From positions 1 to 64,000 of the IMG/VR virus record IMGVR_UViG_3300047400_000324: DNA of 64,000 bases. One strand, written 5' to 3'. This stretch comes from a virus (Duplodnaviria; Caudoviricetes). Positions 19,013 to 28,348 of the stretch are shown here, piece by piece (within the stretch, counting starts at the first letter, position 1; the number at the start of each line of letters is the position of its first letter). The notes beneath the pieces are model-generated. The model did not search any database, was not told the origin of the DNA, and worked only from the letters and a program-made list of their open reading frames with translations. The position numbers were made by a program, and so were the translations under genes.

Positions 19013-19402
19013 TCAATTAGAATTATCGGCATTTTTGTTTATAATAATTGAAAGATTATCTGTCAATTTTAAATTGCCTTCATCGTCCTCATCGAAAAAA
19101 CTGGTCGATATAATCTGAAGAGGATGACCTAAACTATAACATTTCAATAAAAAAGACCTGATAGATTCTACAATCAGACATCCATCTTTATATAAAGATG
19201 GATCGCTATCGATGTTTGGATAGAATCCTAATACCGATAAACTATTGAAAAGCATAGGCAATACTGCATCAATACTTTCTTGAATATGAATGAATCTAAG
19301 ATTTTCGATGTTATCGCAAATTTCCTCTTCACTAAGATGTTGAGTGATCTTAGACTTAGGATTACCTGGAAATTTTATAATGTTGTCGATAATATCATTC
19401 AT
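19013..19402 (-). CDS. Hypothetical protein
   Basis: Co-oriented ORF. Confidence 0.65.
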   Translation of the reverse strand: MNDIIDNIIKFPGNPKSKITQHLSEEEICDNIENLRFIHIQESIDAVLPMLFNSLSVLGFYPNIDSDPSLYKDGCLIVESIRSFLLKCYSLGHPLQIISTSFFDEDDEGNLKLTDNLSIIINKNADNSN

Positions 19403-19409
19403 GATTAGT

Positions 19410-19438
19410 AATATAACACTTATTTTTTACACTGTCAA
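19410..19438 (-). promoter_or_regulatory. sigma70-like promoter TTGACA-17-TATATT
   Basis: Read on minus strand upstream of 19402; similar elements at 33225-33252, 52743-52771, 54547-54575. Confidence 0.65.
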
Positions 19439-19445
19439 TCATTAT

Positions 19446-20024
19446 TTATAATACCAGAGAATTTTTATTCAAAGAATTTAAATATCTCATTTTTTGAGAT
19501 ATAGAATGCAATATCATCATATGAGTATCTTCAACAACTCCATAATTTGCAGAAGGAATATGAATAGAAACATCTGCAATTTCTTTTGCTTCTCCACCGG
19601 TAAATCCAGTAAGAGCAAAAGTCTTCATTCCTTTTGCTTTTGCCCTATTCAAACCATTTATAATATTCTTTGAATTGCCGCTTGAAGAAATAGCAATTGC
19701 AATATCGTCTGAATTCGCGCCAATAAAATCCAATTGTTGCGAAAATATTTCATGGTATCCAATATCGTTTGCTATAGCTGTGATCAAAGGCATATTTGAA
19801 GATAAACTCACTGCCTTGACTCTTATACCGGTATCGAGTCTTACGCCTTTGGATATATCGCATACCCAATGTTCGGCAATTGCAGCAGAACCACCATTTC
19901 CAAACAAATATACTGTAGGATTTCCTGACAATATCGAATTATACAATGTATCTACCGATTCTGCATTGACAAAATGCAATGCAGATGAAATGTTTTGTCT
20001 ATAAGTTTCAAAATTTGTAATCAT
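19446..20024 (-). CDS. gmhA: Phosphoheptose isomerase (SIS)
   Basis: FGNGGSAAIA.H, TAIANDIGY..IFSQQ, ISSSGNS.N, VEDTH. Confidence 0.9.
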   Translation of the reverse strand: MITNFETYRQNISSALHFVNAESVDTLYNSILSGNPTVYLFGNGGSAAIAEHWVCDISKGVRLDTGIRVKAVSLSSNMPLITAIANDIGYHEIFSQQLDFIGANSDDIAIAISSSGNSKNIINGLNRAKAKGMKTFALTGFTGGEAKEIADVSIHIPSANYGVVEDTHMMILHSISQKMRYLNSLNKNSLVL

Positions 20025-20995
20025 ATTGTTATAGCGGAGCTTCCCATATCTGTAAAATTGAAGTGAAATCTTCTATATTCTTTCATTTTCGATTTAACGC
20101 TATCTTGATATTTTTGTGGCACATAAAATAACATATATCCACCGCCACCAGCACCTAACAATTTACCTCCCAATGCACCAGCAGACATTGCAGTTTCATA
20201 CATATCGTCTATATGTTCATTTGTAATATTTGGTGCCAATTCTCGTTTCAATATCCATCCTTCATGCAACAACGATCCAAAATCGTCAATCTTATTGTGC
20301 TTAAGATAATCGATAGATTGTTTTGCCAATTCTACCATGATTTTAGTATTTTCAAAGGTTTTACTGTTGGTTGAAATCATGTTTACTTGATTGGACAATA
20401 TGTCGGATGTTTTTCTTGTAATTCCTGTATTGTAACACAATAAATTTTCATTCAATGTTTTAATATTCGAAGTTTTCATTCCCAATGGAATAACTTCTAC
20501 ACCATCGTTATAAAAATGCATTGCATTGAATCCACCATATGCCGCAGCATATTGATCCTGTTTTCCAATGGGTTCTCTACATTTTTCAATTTCGATATCG
20601 CAAGCCATTTCAGCCAAATCTTTTTTATTATAATCGTATTTCAAATGATTATAAATTCCATTGATTAAACCTACAGTATAAGACGAACTTGAACCTAAAC
20701 CAGAACCATTTGTCGTTATATCAGAAAAACTTACAATTTCTATATTCGATTTGACGTTGAAATGCTTCAATATTTCCTTAGCACGAGTATGCTTTACATT
20801 TTCAACATCATTTACTTGTTCGAATTCTGAATATATAACCTTTATATGTCTAGGTTCGCATTTGTTTATGGCAATTTGAATATGTTTATTTATAGATGTA
20901 GATACTACCAATCCTGGCGATTTTTCAAAAAATGCTGGAATGTCACTTCCTCCACCAAAAAATGACAATCTCAATGGAGTTTTCGTAACAATCAT
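20021..20995 (-). CDS. hddA: GHMP kinase, heptose-7-phosphate kinase-like
   Basis: TPLRLSFFGGGSD, GSGLGSSS, IGKQDQY, GGKLLGAGGGG. Confidence 0.9.
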   Translation of the reverse strand: MIVTKTPLRLSFFGGGSDIPAFFEKSPGLVVSTSINKHIQIAINKCEPRHIKVIYSEFEQVNDVENVKHTRAKEILKHFNVKSNIEIVSFSDITTNGSGLGSSSSYTVGLINGIYNHLKYDYNKKDLAEMACDIEIEKCREPIGKQDQYAAAYGGFNAMHFYNDGVEVIPLGMKTSNIKTLNENLLCYNTGITRKTSDILSNQVNMISTNSKTFENTKIMVELAKQSIDYLKHNKIDDFGSLLHEGWILKRELAPNITNEHIDDMYETAMSAGALGGKLLGAGGGGYMLFYVPQKYQDSVKSKMKEYRRFHFNFTDMGSSAITI

Positions 20996-22011
20996 CGGCG
21001 ATTTGTTGTGCTATATGAAAACATCATTTTTGGAATGTTTCTGTTTTCAGGATTTGGATATATGGAAAGCAATTCCTCAAGCATATCTTTCCATTGATCC
21101 GCTATTCGATTTGCATTGTACCTGTAATTGGCATATCCCTTTTGCAATTGCAATTTGCTTTCCGGAAAATTTTTATTTTGTATAGCCAATATAGCATTTT
21201 CCAACTTTTCATAAAACATTCTAGCATGCAACTGTTGATCCGCATGGAATTGATACATTTCTGTTAAATTTCCGGATGTATCCGATAGTCCAGCCAAATT
21301 GGGATGCACGCAAATACATCCAGATGACATTGCTTCTATCAAAGACCTTGAATTGCATTCCATCCATATGGATGGATATGAAAAAATATCAGCGGCGGCA
21401 ACAGTTTTTCTAACTTCTTCATTTGCAGCATAGCCATGATATACAATTTGCGGGTGTTGCCTGCAAGTTTCATATAAAGGCTCGTATTGCTTATCCATTT
21501 CTTCCCATCCATAAATTTTGAAACTAGAAAATACATCAAGATGGATATTGGGATATTTCTTGGCCAATTCGACAAAAACGGGAACAAGTAATGACAAACC
21601 TCGTTGAGGAGTCGAAGTATAAACAAGACGAATTTTACCATCGTTTGGCTTAGCATCTATAATTTCTTTTTCTGTAAATGGAACTATTGGTGTATCTAAA
21701 ACAATCAATTTATTGGTTGGTTGTATATTTAACTTAGACAAAAACGAATTATATTGCCAATTTCCACAAAAAACAATTTTATGAAATCTGTCTTGACTTG
21801 TTTTTTCTTTAAGATGATTTGTTTCAGGATCTTCCGGGAGATCATGTAAATGATATATACGGATTTTATCATCATTTAAATGAGTAACTCTAGATGGAAT
21901 GATTTGGAAATCTTCTAGTAAATCAGTTGGCAATAATGATTGCAATTGGCGTGATACTTGTTCAGTACCTCCATTAGATTTCTCTTGCATTTCTGTGTAA
22001 TAAAAACCCAT
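20992..22011 (-). CDS. Glycosyltransferase (GT-B)
   Basis: YTSTPQRGL and FSYPS.W.E....SLIEAMSSG nucleotide-sugar binding motif. Confidence 0.85.
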   Translation of the reverse strand: MGFYYTEMQEKSNGGTEQVSRQLQSLLPTDLLEDFQIIPSRVTHLNDDKIRIYHLHDLPEDPETNHLKEKTSQDRFHKIVFCGNWQYNSFLSKLNIQPTNKLIVLDTPIVPFTEKEIIDAKPNDGKIRLVYTSTPQRGLSLLVPVFVELAKKYPNIHLDVFSSFKIYGWEEMDKQYEPLYETCRQHPQIVYHGYAANEEVRKTVAAADIFSYPSIWMECNSRSLIEAMSSGCICVHPNLAGLSDTSGNLTEMYQFHADQQLHARMFYEKLENAILAIQNKNFPESKLQLQKGYANYRYNANRIADQWKDMLEELLSIYPNPENRNIPKMMFSYSTTNRR

Positions 22012-22084
22012 TTTTAAAAAAACTCCATTTTATAATCAGCTAATATGAAAAGATGGCACTTTGATAGATGTAGAAATTAAAACA

Positions 22085-23053
22085 TCATATTTTTCTATAC
22101 TCCATCGCAGAATTTATCATATAATCTAAATCGTCATGCAAATAATTGAAACCAGTTTCACGGATAAATTTGTCATTATTTGCCACAAGATATTGTGGAT
22201 CACCTTCTCTTCTAGGACCAATTTCTGTTTTTATATTTCCAACCAGTTCTTGAAATTTATTCACGATTTGATTTACAGAAAATCCTTTAGAAGAACCTAA
22301 ATTGTATGAGTTGAAATAAGGAAATTCTGTTTGTCTTAAAATATTATCCATGTGTATCATAGCTCTTGCAATATCGATAACATGGACATAATCTCGTATG
22401 CAAGTACCATCAGGTGTCATATAATCGTTGCCATTTATAATAAATGTTTCAGAATTTTTATAACAATCGATAAGTCTATTTAAAATGTGAGGAGTATTTG
22501 GCAATTGTCCTACATCTTCATATGCGCCTGCAACATTGAAAAATCTAAATGCGACAGATTTCCAATTCATTTTATCGTAACATGACCGAATCATTTGTTC
22601 GGTCATAAGTTTCGATAATCCATAATTGTTTGGAGGAACAAGAAAACTTATATCTTCATAACAGGCAATATCTGTTATAGCATATGTTGCGGCAGTACTT
22701 GCAAAAATAAACCTTCTATCTTTACCAATATTATTCATGAGCGATGTAGTTTTAGCAGTATTGTTATTGAAATAAAGCAAAGGATCGAAAGCGCTTGGTC
22801 CCAAAAGACTCGATGCCGCTAAATGAAAAACTGTAGCATCTTCAAATCTATCTAAAATCGCATTGGTACGAGTGCTTTTTATATCGCACAAAAAGGATTC
22901 ATCTACATATTTATTTCGTTTATCGTAGATATCGTATACCGATCTTGAATCGGTATCTATACCAACAACATAGTAATCGTTTTCTTTGAGAAGTTTGGTC
23001 AATACATTTCCAATATAACCAAAATAACCAGTAACTATTGCACGTTTTTCCAT
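22085..23053 (-). CDS. galE: UDP-glucose 4-epimerase-like SDR
   Basis: VTGYFGYIG, FHLAA, YGLSK, RFFNVAGA, DGTCIRDYVHV. Confidence 0.88.
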   Translation of the reverse strand: MEKRAIVTGYFGYIGNVLTKLLKENDYYVVGIDTDSRSVYDIYDKRNKYVDESFLCDIKSTRTNAILDRFEDATVFHLAASSLLGPSAFDPLLYFNNNTAKTTSLMNNIGKDRRFIFASTAATYAITDIACYEDISFLVPPNNYGLSKLMTEQMIRSCYDKMNWKSVAFRFFNVAGAYEDVGQLPNTPHILNRLIDCYKNSETFIINGNDYMTPDGTCIRDYVHVIDIARAMIHMDNILRQTEFPYFNSYNLGSSKGFSVNQIVNKFQELVGNIKTEIGPRREGDPQYLVANNDKFIRETGFNYLHDDLDYMINSAMEYRKI

Positions 23054-23056
23054 AGA

Positions 23057-23671
23057 TTATTGAATCTCATTCACTTTTGTATAAGTAGCATTTATACTAG
23101 TATATCTACCATATTCAGAAATAATATCAGAGCGTATGAATCCATATTTTGAAAAAATATCGTTCCACCAAGTTTCTTCTTTCAATGTTACATGATAATT
23201 TTCATCAGGAAATGTTGCTATACCAACAATAAAATGACCATTCATATTGAGATGATTGTTTACATTTATAAACAATTGATGCAAATCTTTTTCATATATA
23301 TGTTCTAGAACATCGAACGCCGAAATTGCATCGAATTTTATTATTTGTTCAGAATCATCTACAATTTTAAATGGTTTAGTTATATCTGCCGTAAAAAGAT
23401 TATGGGGAATATTATTCCATTCTCCAGTTTTATTCTTAAATCCATAATCGCTACCATCTATGCCAATTGCAAAAATATTATTTTTTATAAATTGCGATAC
23501 AAATCCACCACCGGCACAACCCAAATCCAAATATTTCATGTTTGGGCCCAATTTACGAATCAAATTTCTAACATATAAACCGTTTTTTGTATTATCTTGT
23601 TTAGTTCCCTTTGGATTTGTATGATCATAGCTTTCACATGCTATTGGAAAATCTGTCAATAATTTATGCAT
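23057..23671 (-). CDS. Class I SAM-dependent methyltransferase
   Basis: YLDLGCAGG, GIDGS, DVLEHI. Confidence 0.85.
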   Translation of the reverse strand: MHKLLTDFPIACESYDHTNPKGTKQDNTKNGLYVRNLIRKLGPNMKYLDLGCAGGGFVSQFIKNNIFAIGIDGSDYGFKNKTGEWNNIPHNLFTADITKPFKIVDDSEQIIKFDAISAFDVLEHIYEKDLHQLFINVNNHLNMNGHFIVGIATFPDENYHVTLKEETWWNDIFSKYGFIRSDIISEYGRYTSINATYTKVNEIQ

Positions 23672-24074
23672 TTTTTATCCTTTCTCTAAGTTCCGAAGAA
23701 CTCCATCCATGTTCACGGGAAAAATAAATCAATCCAATTCCCTTATTTTTACAAACGTTTTTGCCGGTAAATTCATTTGAGTTATAATCGTCTCCAAGGA
23801 ATCTTAAATGTATATCGGTAGTAATCAATATATTGATTAAATCTTTTTCCGTATCATAAGGAATAATATCATCGACATATTTTGTAGATGATAGTTGCAA
23901 CCATCTTTCATATAAACTTTGAATCGGTTTATTCTTTTCTGGTCTTTCTATAGATGGATCGCTATGCAAACCAACTATAAGACGATTGCATTTCATTTTG
24001 CATGATTTAAAAAGAGAAATATGCCCTGGATGAAGTAAATCGAAAGTACCGCATGTAAAACCAATAGTAGTCAT
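23664..24074 (-). CDS. HxGH nucleotidyltransferase (TagD/RfaE-II-like)
   Basis: GTFDLLHPGH and SSSELRERI. Confidence 0.88.
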   Translation of the reverse strand: MTTIGFTCGTFDLLHPGHISLFKSCKMKCNRLIVGLHSDPSIERPEKNKPIQSLYERWLQLSSTKYVDDIIPYDTEKDLINILITTDIHLRFLGDDYNSNEFTGKNVCKNKGIGLIYFSREHGWSSSELRERIKNA

Positions 24075-24085
24075 TTTTTTTATTT

Positions 24086-24475
24086 TTAAGCCTTACGATT
24101 GATAAATCGCTTCTTTATATTCTTAGCTTTGAAATATTCACGAACTAACTTTTCAACAACCGAACTGTCATATTCTTTGCAAGAAAAAACATCCAAATAC
24201 AATTCATTCAATTCATTTACAAAATGACAACAGATATTGCTTGTTTCAATAAGTTGAACCAGCGTAAATCCAGCTTTGTCTCCACTGCCAAAATCTACAA
24301 TTTGTGGTTCCCCATAAGCTACCATATCGATATCGTTTACCAATTGCTTAGCAAAATTATAAACATTGGTATAATTCGTAATCAATTCATAATCGCATTC
24401 AGATGCATCTATGATAGTGTGATATCCCCACCAAGATTGTTTTTGTGTTTCAGTCATCAACTTAATTCCCATCAA
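24086..24475 (-). CDS. speD: S-adenosylmethionine decarboxylase-like proenzyme, copy 1
   Basis: GYHTIIDASEC, QLIETSNICCHF, LDVFSCK. Confidence 0.85.
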   Translation of the reverse strand: MMGIKLMTETQKQSWWGYHTIIDASECDYELITNYTNVYNFAKQLVNDIDMVAYGEPQIVDFGSGDKAGFTLVQLIETSNICCHFVNELNELYLDVFSCKEYDSSVVEKLVREYFKAKNIKKRFINRKA

Positions 24476-24762
24476 TAATTATCTATAATTTGAACATAAA
24501 GAACGCTATCTATACGAAACGATCTCCAGCCATTTGCTACAACATCCCAAGCTGCAATGACATCTGGATTTTTAACATGAAAATCATTTTCTTCACGTTG
24601 TTCTTCTAAATTTCTTTGATAAAGTTCTGGCAACAAATGTGTTTGTAGAGTACAACGCATTATGCGTTGTTCACCATTTACTTTAGTAAAATGAACTTCA
24701 ATAACATGTTCACGAAGGTCCTTAAGCAAAGTATCGCGTGAATACTGACCACTTTTCATCAT
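24472..24762 (-). CDS. WYL_2/Sm-like conserved T4-like protein
   Basis: F.KVNGE.R.M.CTL and WDV...GWRSFRID. Confidence 0.75.
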   Translation of the reverse strand: MMKSGQYSRDTLLKDLREHVIEVHFTKVNGEQRIMRCTLQTHLLPELYQRNLEEQREENDFHVKNPDVIAAWDVVANGWRSFRIDSVLYVQIIDNY

Positions 24763-24777
24763 ATTATATATCCTTAT

Positions 24778-25038
24778 TTATTCAGTAAGAAATACTTCTG
24801 TAGAATTGGCATGATTCAATGAAATATGTTCATTCAATTCTGTATAACCGCCAATATAAAATCCATCGATAACAATTACTGGAAAGGATTTTGCAGATGG
24901 AAATTTAGAAAGCAGTATTTCTCTCGTAAAATCTTTACCAAGTTTATATTCCTGAAAGGAAATATTATTTTCTATCAATAGAAATTTGGATCTTGTGCAA
25001 TAATTGCAATTATCCTTTGTGTATAGTTCGAATTTCAT
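24778..25038 (-). CDS. Glutaredoxin
   Basis: CNYC, FP.I.IDG.YIGGY. Confidence 0.92.
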   Translation of the reverse strand: MKFELYTKDNCNYCTRSKFLLIENNISFQEYKLGKDFTREILLSKFPSAKSFPVIVIDGFYIGGYTELNEHISLNHANSTEVFLTE

Positions 25039-25529
25039 TACGAAATAGCCTCTGTACCGCCAGCTCCAACAACAGTATATCGTTCGTTGTAATTGGAAAG
25101 TTCGGCAAAATAAGAAGTAAATTTGCTCACGGCTTCTTCAAAAGTCTTTGCCCAAACAAGGCGTTCTTGTTCAGCAAATACAGAATCAGATCCAATTGCA
25201 TCTCTTCGAACTCTGCCCTTTATAAGGAAAAGAGTATTGAAAGAATCTTCATTTACTGCCGGCAAGGCAATCATATTTGGTGTAGCTACTGGGTCAGTAT
25301 CTGGTATAGAATTCTTTGGCTTCAGAGGATACTTCAGTCCCTTATTCCAAGGAACTTTCTTAGGTTTATCCGATTCTACATTTACATTTGCAGTTCCATT
25401 CATAACCGCAGTATAAAGAGCATCGTTATCGCCCTCTGTTTCATAATCGAATTCTCGTGGAGAATTTTCTACTTTAGTTTCTTCTGGCATAATGTACCTC
25501 ATTATTTTTTTGAATAATTTCAACTTCAA
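25038..25529 (-). CDS. Hypothetical protein with a PWNKG motif
   Basis: Co-oriented ORF overlapping grx start. Confidence 0.65.
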   Translation of the reverse strand: MKLKLFKKIMRYIMPEETKVENSPREFDYETEGDNDALYTAVMNGTANVNVESDKPKKVPWNKGLKYPLKPKNSIPDTDPVATPNMIALPAVNEDSFNTLFLIKGRVRRDAIGSDSVFAEQERLVWAKTFEEAVSKFTSYFAELSNYNERYTVVGAGGTEAIS

Positions 25530-26046
25530 CTTTTGCTACTCCTTTATCGATAAGACCTAGGAGTTTGGCCGAAGATTCACTTAAATCGAATTCACGACCT
25601 TTTATATATGGTCCTCTATCGTTTACACGAGCAATGACCGTTATACCTGTATTTATATTCATAAATCTAACCATTGTTCCAAATGGAAGAGTTTTATGTG
25701 CTACAGTAAATGCATGAGGATTATATCTCTCACCGCTCGCAGTAATTCCACGTTGTTTATACCAAGATACGTAAACAATACGTGTTGTTTTTGATTTCCT
25801 ATTTACAATAGGATGAGCATTTAACGGCACAATAGTTGCAACCGATTTTGGCTCTTCTGACATTGAAGCCTTCGAAGTCTGGGCAGTAGCATCTAAAGAT
25901 GCTGTTTTTATAACTGTGGTATCGACTTGCTGGTCGATAATTGCAATCGCTTTCGTTTCATAAACGTTGGTGTTTTTAACAGAGTCACCAACAACCCCCA
26001 AAGTAGTGCCCAAACCTAGAAGACCACAACAAATGGTCTTAAACAT
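25474..26046 (-). CDS. rlpA: RlpA-like lytic transglycosylase (DPBB) with N-terminal hydrophobic segment
   Basis: SWY....TASGE.Y....TVAHKTLPFGT.V...RVNDRGPY...R..DLS..SA..LG. Confidence 0.9.
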   Translation of the reverse strand: MFKTICCGLLGLGTTLGVVGDSVKNTNVYETKAIAIIDQQVDTTVIKTASLDATAQTSKASMSEEPKSVATIVPLNAHPIVNRKSKTTRIVYVSWYKQRGITASGERYNPHAFTVAHKTLPFGTMVRFMNINTGITVIARVNDRGPYIKGREFDLSESSAKLLGLIDKGVAKVEVEIIQKNNEVHYARRN

Positions 26047-26073
26047 TGGTTTGTCTCCTTTTATAATATATAT

Positions 26074-26553
26074 TTATGCTGCCGCTTGCAGTTCCTTAAA
26101 TCTATCGGCAGCGGCAGAGGCTGCAAATGCAGCAGGTTTTACAACAGGTTTAATATTGCATGTTCCAACAATATATCCTATTGCTTGTTGAATGACACAC
26201 GATGAACCTCTTTGTTCATCTGGATTTAAATCGAGATGTATTTCCGTATACCGTTCTCCTATCGATGATTTTATTTTTTCATAAAATTCGACTACTTTAT
26301 AAACCTCCTTCATCAATCTTATAGAAGGTTTTCCTGGTCTTACATCATAATCCATTTCTCTAGTTACTTCACCAAATATTTTAGCGCCGCGATTGCCATC
26401 TATATGTATAACAGCAACCGTCGCATAATCTGCCATCCATTTATTTTTATATCTAAATCTTTCTGAATCGCATCCTATGTATATCTTAGAATTTGCAGAC
26501 GAGGCTGCAATATAAGATGTGACTTGATTTATATCTAATGAGTTCATAATCAT
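26074..26553 (-). CDS. RNase H-like YkuK-family protein
   Basis: IYIGCDS, RLMKEV, EIHLDLN. Confidence 0.75.
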   Translation of the reverse strand: MIMNSLDINQVTSYIAASSANSKIYIGCDSERFRYKNKWMADYATVAVIHIDGNRGAKIFGEVTREMDYDVRPGKPSIRLMKEVYKVVEFYEKIKSSIGERYTEIHLDLNPDEQRGSSCVIQQAIGYIVGTCNIKPVVKPAAFAASAAADRFKELQAAA

Positions 26554-26557
26554 GATA

Positions 26558-26983
26558 TTATATCAGTTTATGTGAATTGTCAACAAAAATTTTTCTCAAA
26601 TGCGATCTATGAACTTTTACAAAAATCCAATCGTTGTAAAATTTATCGGATTCCAAAACTTCATATTCAAACTGAAATTTTGCTTCAATATAGTTCATTT
26701 CACCACGAGTCTTGCACAATCTAAGAATAGTTCTAACAAATTTATTTTCGCCAACAGATTTGACTTCTTCAATTAAATATTTATTAGACCCCCAATATTT
26801 TTTCCAATCGGAATCAACTAATATTCTTTTTTTCTTGCCCTTTATTTGTTTCGTTTTTTTGAATTTCAACATTTTTTTACCAATATACATTTTGCCAGTA
26901 TCGATACGAGAAATCATATAAACAAAACCTATGTAAGGAACAAGTTCAGCCTCATCTATTTCCTTTCCTTTGTATATCCACAT
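26558..26983 (-). CDS. GIY-YIG nuclease-domain protein
   Basis: GFVYMI.....GKMYIGKK, Y.GS, YN.WI. Confidence 0.85.
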   Translation of the reverse strand: MWIYKGKEIDEAELVPYIGFVYMISRIDTGKMYIGKKMLKFKKTKQIKGKKKRILVDSDWKKYWGSNKYLIEEVKSVGENKFVRTILRLCKTRGEMNYIEAKFQFEYEVLESDKFYNDWIFVKVHRSHLRKIFVDNSHKLI

Positions 26984-27019
26984 ATTGAGAGTTCCATAAT
27001 ATATCTCTCAATATTTATA
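26982..27019 (-). promoter_or_regulatory. Late promoter overlapping a 10-bp hairpin that sequesters the GIY-YIG start codon
   Basis: TATAAATA 27019-27012; ATATTGAGAG/CTCTCAATAT arms at 27005-27014 and 26982-26991, including AT of the ATG. Confidence 0.8.
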
Positions 27020-27024
27020 TTTTT

Positions 27025-28134
27025 TTATAACGATAGATTTTCAAATGTATTGTTATCTACATCTTTCTTGATACCACCAATAATATATGAAATAATTTGG
27101 GTTTCTTGAGGTGCCACTTGAATTTCAGCTCCACTTATCCATTTTCCTGTCCATGGAAGAGGATTGGAACCTGTTTTATAAATTTGTGGCAATCCTAAAC
27201 TTTGCATCCTCTTATTGACAATCCATTCCACATATTCATTAAGAAGTTGTGAATTCAACCCTATCATAGAACCATCTTTAAAAAGATAATCCGACCATTT
27301 CTTTTCTTGTTCAGCCGCAGAACGAAACATTTCAATGCATTCATCCCTTGTTTCTTCTTTGATTTTTATAAATTCTTCATCATCGACAGGAAGAATTTTT
27401 AAAATCTGTTGTGTTCCAGCAAGATGTAGATTTTCATCCCTGCAAATCAATTTAATGATTTTAGCATTTCCTTCCATTTTCTTAAGTTCAGCAAAAGCCC
27501 AAGAACAAGCAAAACTCACATAAAATCTAATACCTTCTAAAATGTTGACAGACATCAATGCCAACCAAAGAGCTTTTTTATGCGAATATGAAGATACCGA
27601 AATATTCGAATATGCATTCAAAGAACTGTTAAAATAAATCAAATCATCATAATATCTGCTAATATCGTTAGCACAATTTACAATTTCTTGAATATCCAAG
27701 ATTCCATCCAATATTTCTGAAGGATCGGAAAATACATTACGGATAATATGTGTATAGGACCTAGAATGCACAGATTCACTGAAAGTCCATGCAGTCAACC
27801 AATTTTCCATTTCCGGAATAGAACAAATAGTCGAAAATGCCATCGTTGGCGCACGGCCTTGAACTGAATCCAAAAGAATTTGACGTTTCAAGTTACTGGT
27901 AAAAATATGTTTTTCATGATTTGTTAATGCACGAAAGTCTTTAATATCGCGAGTCAAATCTACTTCTTCAGGAACCCAGAAAAAACCCATAGAAGTTCTA
28001 GTCAATTTTTCTAAAAATGGATATTTTTGTTTATCGAATCTAGCAATTGTAGGTATACCAGATGTATCGAAAAACATCTTCGATTTCATATGATCTTGTT
28101 TATTTGTAGAATCGAATACACCGTTGAACATCAC
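27025..28134 (-). CDS. nrdB: Ribonucleotide reductase class Ia beta
   Basis: FFWVPEEV, LLDSVQGR, ESVHSRSY, EGIRFY, RDENLH. Confidence 0.97.
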   Translation of the reverse strand: MMFNGVFDSTNKQDHMKSKMFFDTSGIPTIARFDKQKYPFLEKLTRTSMGFFWVPEEVDLTRDIKDFRALTNHEKHIFTSNLKRQILLDSVQGRAPTMAFSTICSIPEMENWLTAWTFSESVHSRSYTHIIRNVFSDPSEILDGILDIQEIVNCANDISRYYDDLIYFNSSLNAYSNISVSSYSHKKALWLALMSVNILEGIRFYVSFACSWAFAELKKMEGNAKIIKLICRDENLHLAGTQQILKILPVDDEEFIKIKEETRDECIEMFRSAAEQEKKWSDYLFKDGSMIGLNSQLLNEYVEWIVNKRMQSLGLPQIYKTGSNPLPWTGKWISGAEIQVAPQETQIISYIIGGIKKDVDNNTFENLSL

Positions 28135-28331
28135 AGAAGAATTCCTTCAATTTCTTTATTGTCTATTTTTTCCAAACAATGTTCTGGAACAGAAACTTTT
28201 ATATTATCGACCATTACAAGACATTGTGAACTCCGTGAAAAATGTATATCCATTATTTTTCCAAATGTTCCTATAAAATAAAAATCATCCACCATCAGCT
28301 TTACTGCATCTCCGATTTTTAAATTTTGCAT
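28131..28331 (-). CDS. Hypothetical protein between nrdA and nrdB
   Basis: Co-oriented ORF overlapping nrdB start. Confidence 0.6.
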   Translation of the reverse strand: MQNLKIGDAVKLMVDDFYFIGTFGKIMDIHFSRSSQCLVMVDNIKVSVPEHCLEKIDNKEIEGILL

Positions 28332-28348
28332 TTAAAATTTTCCTACAT

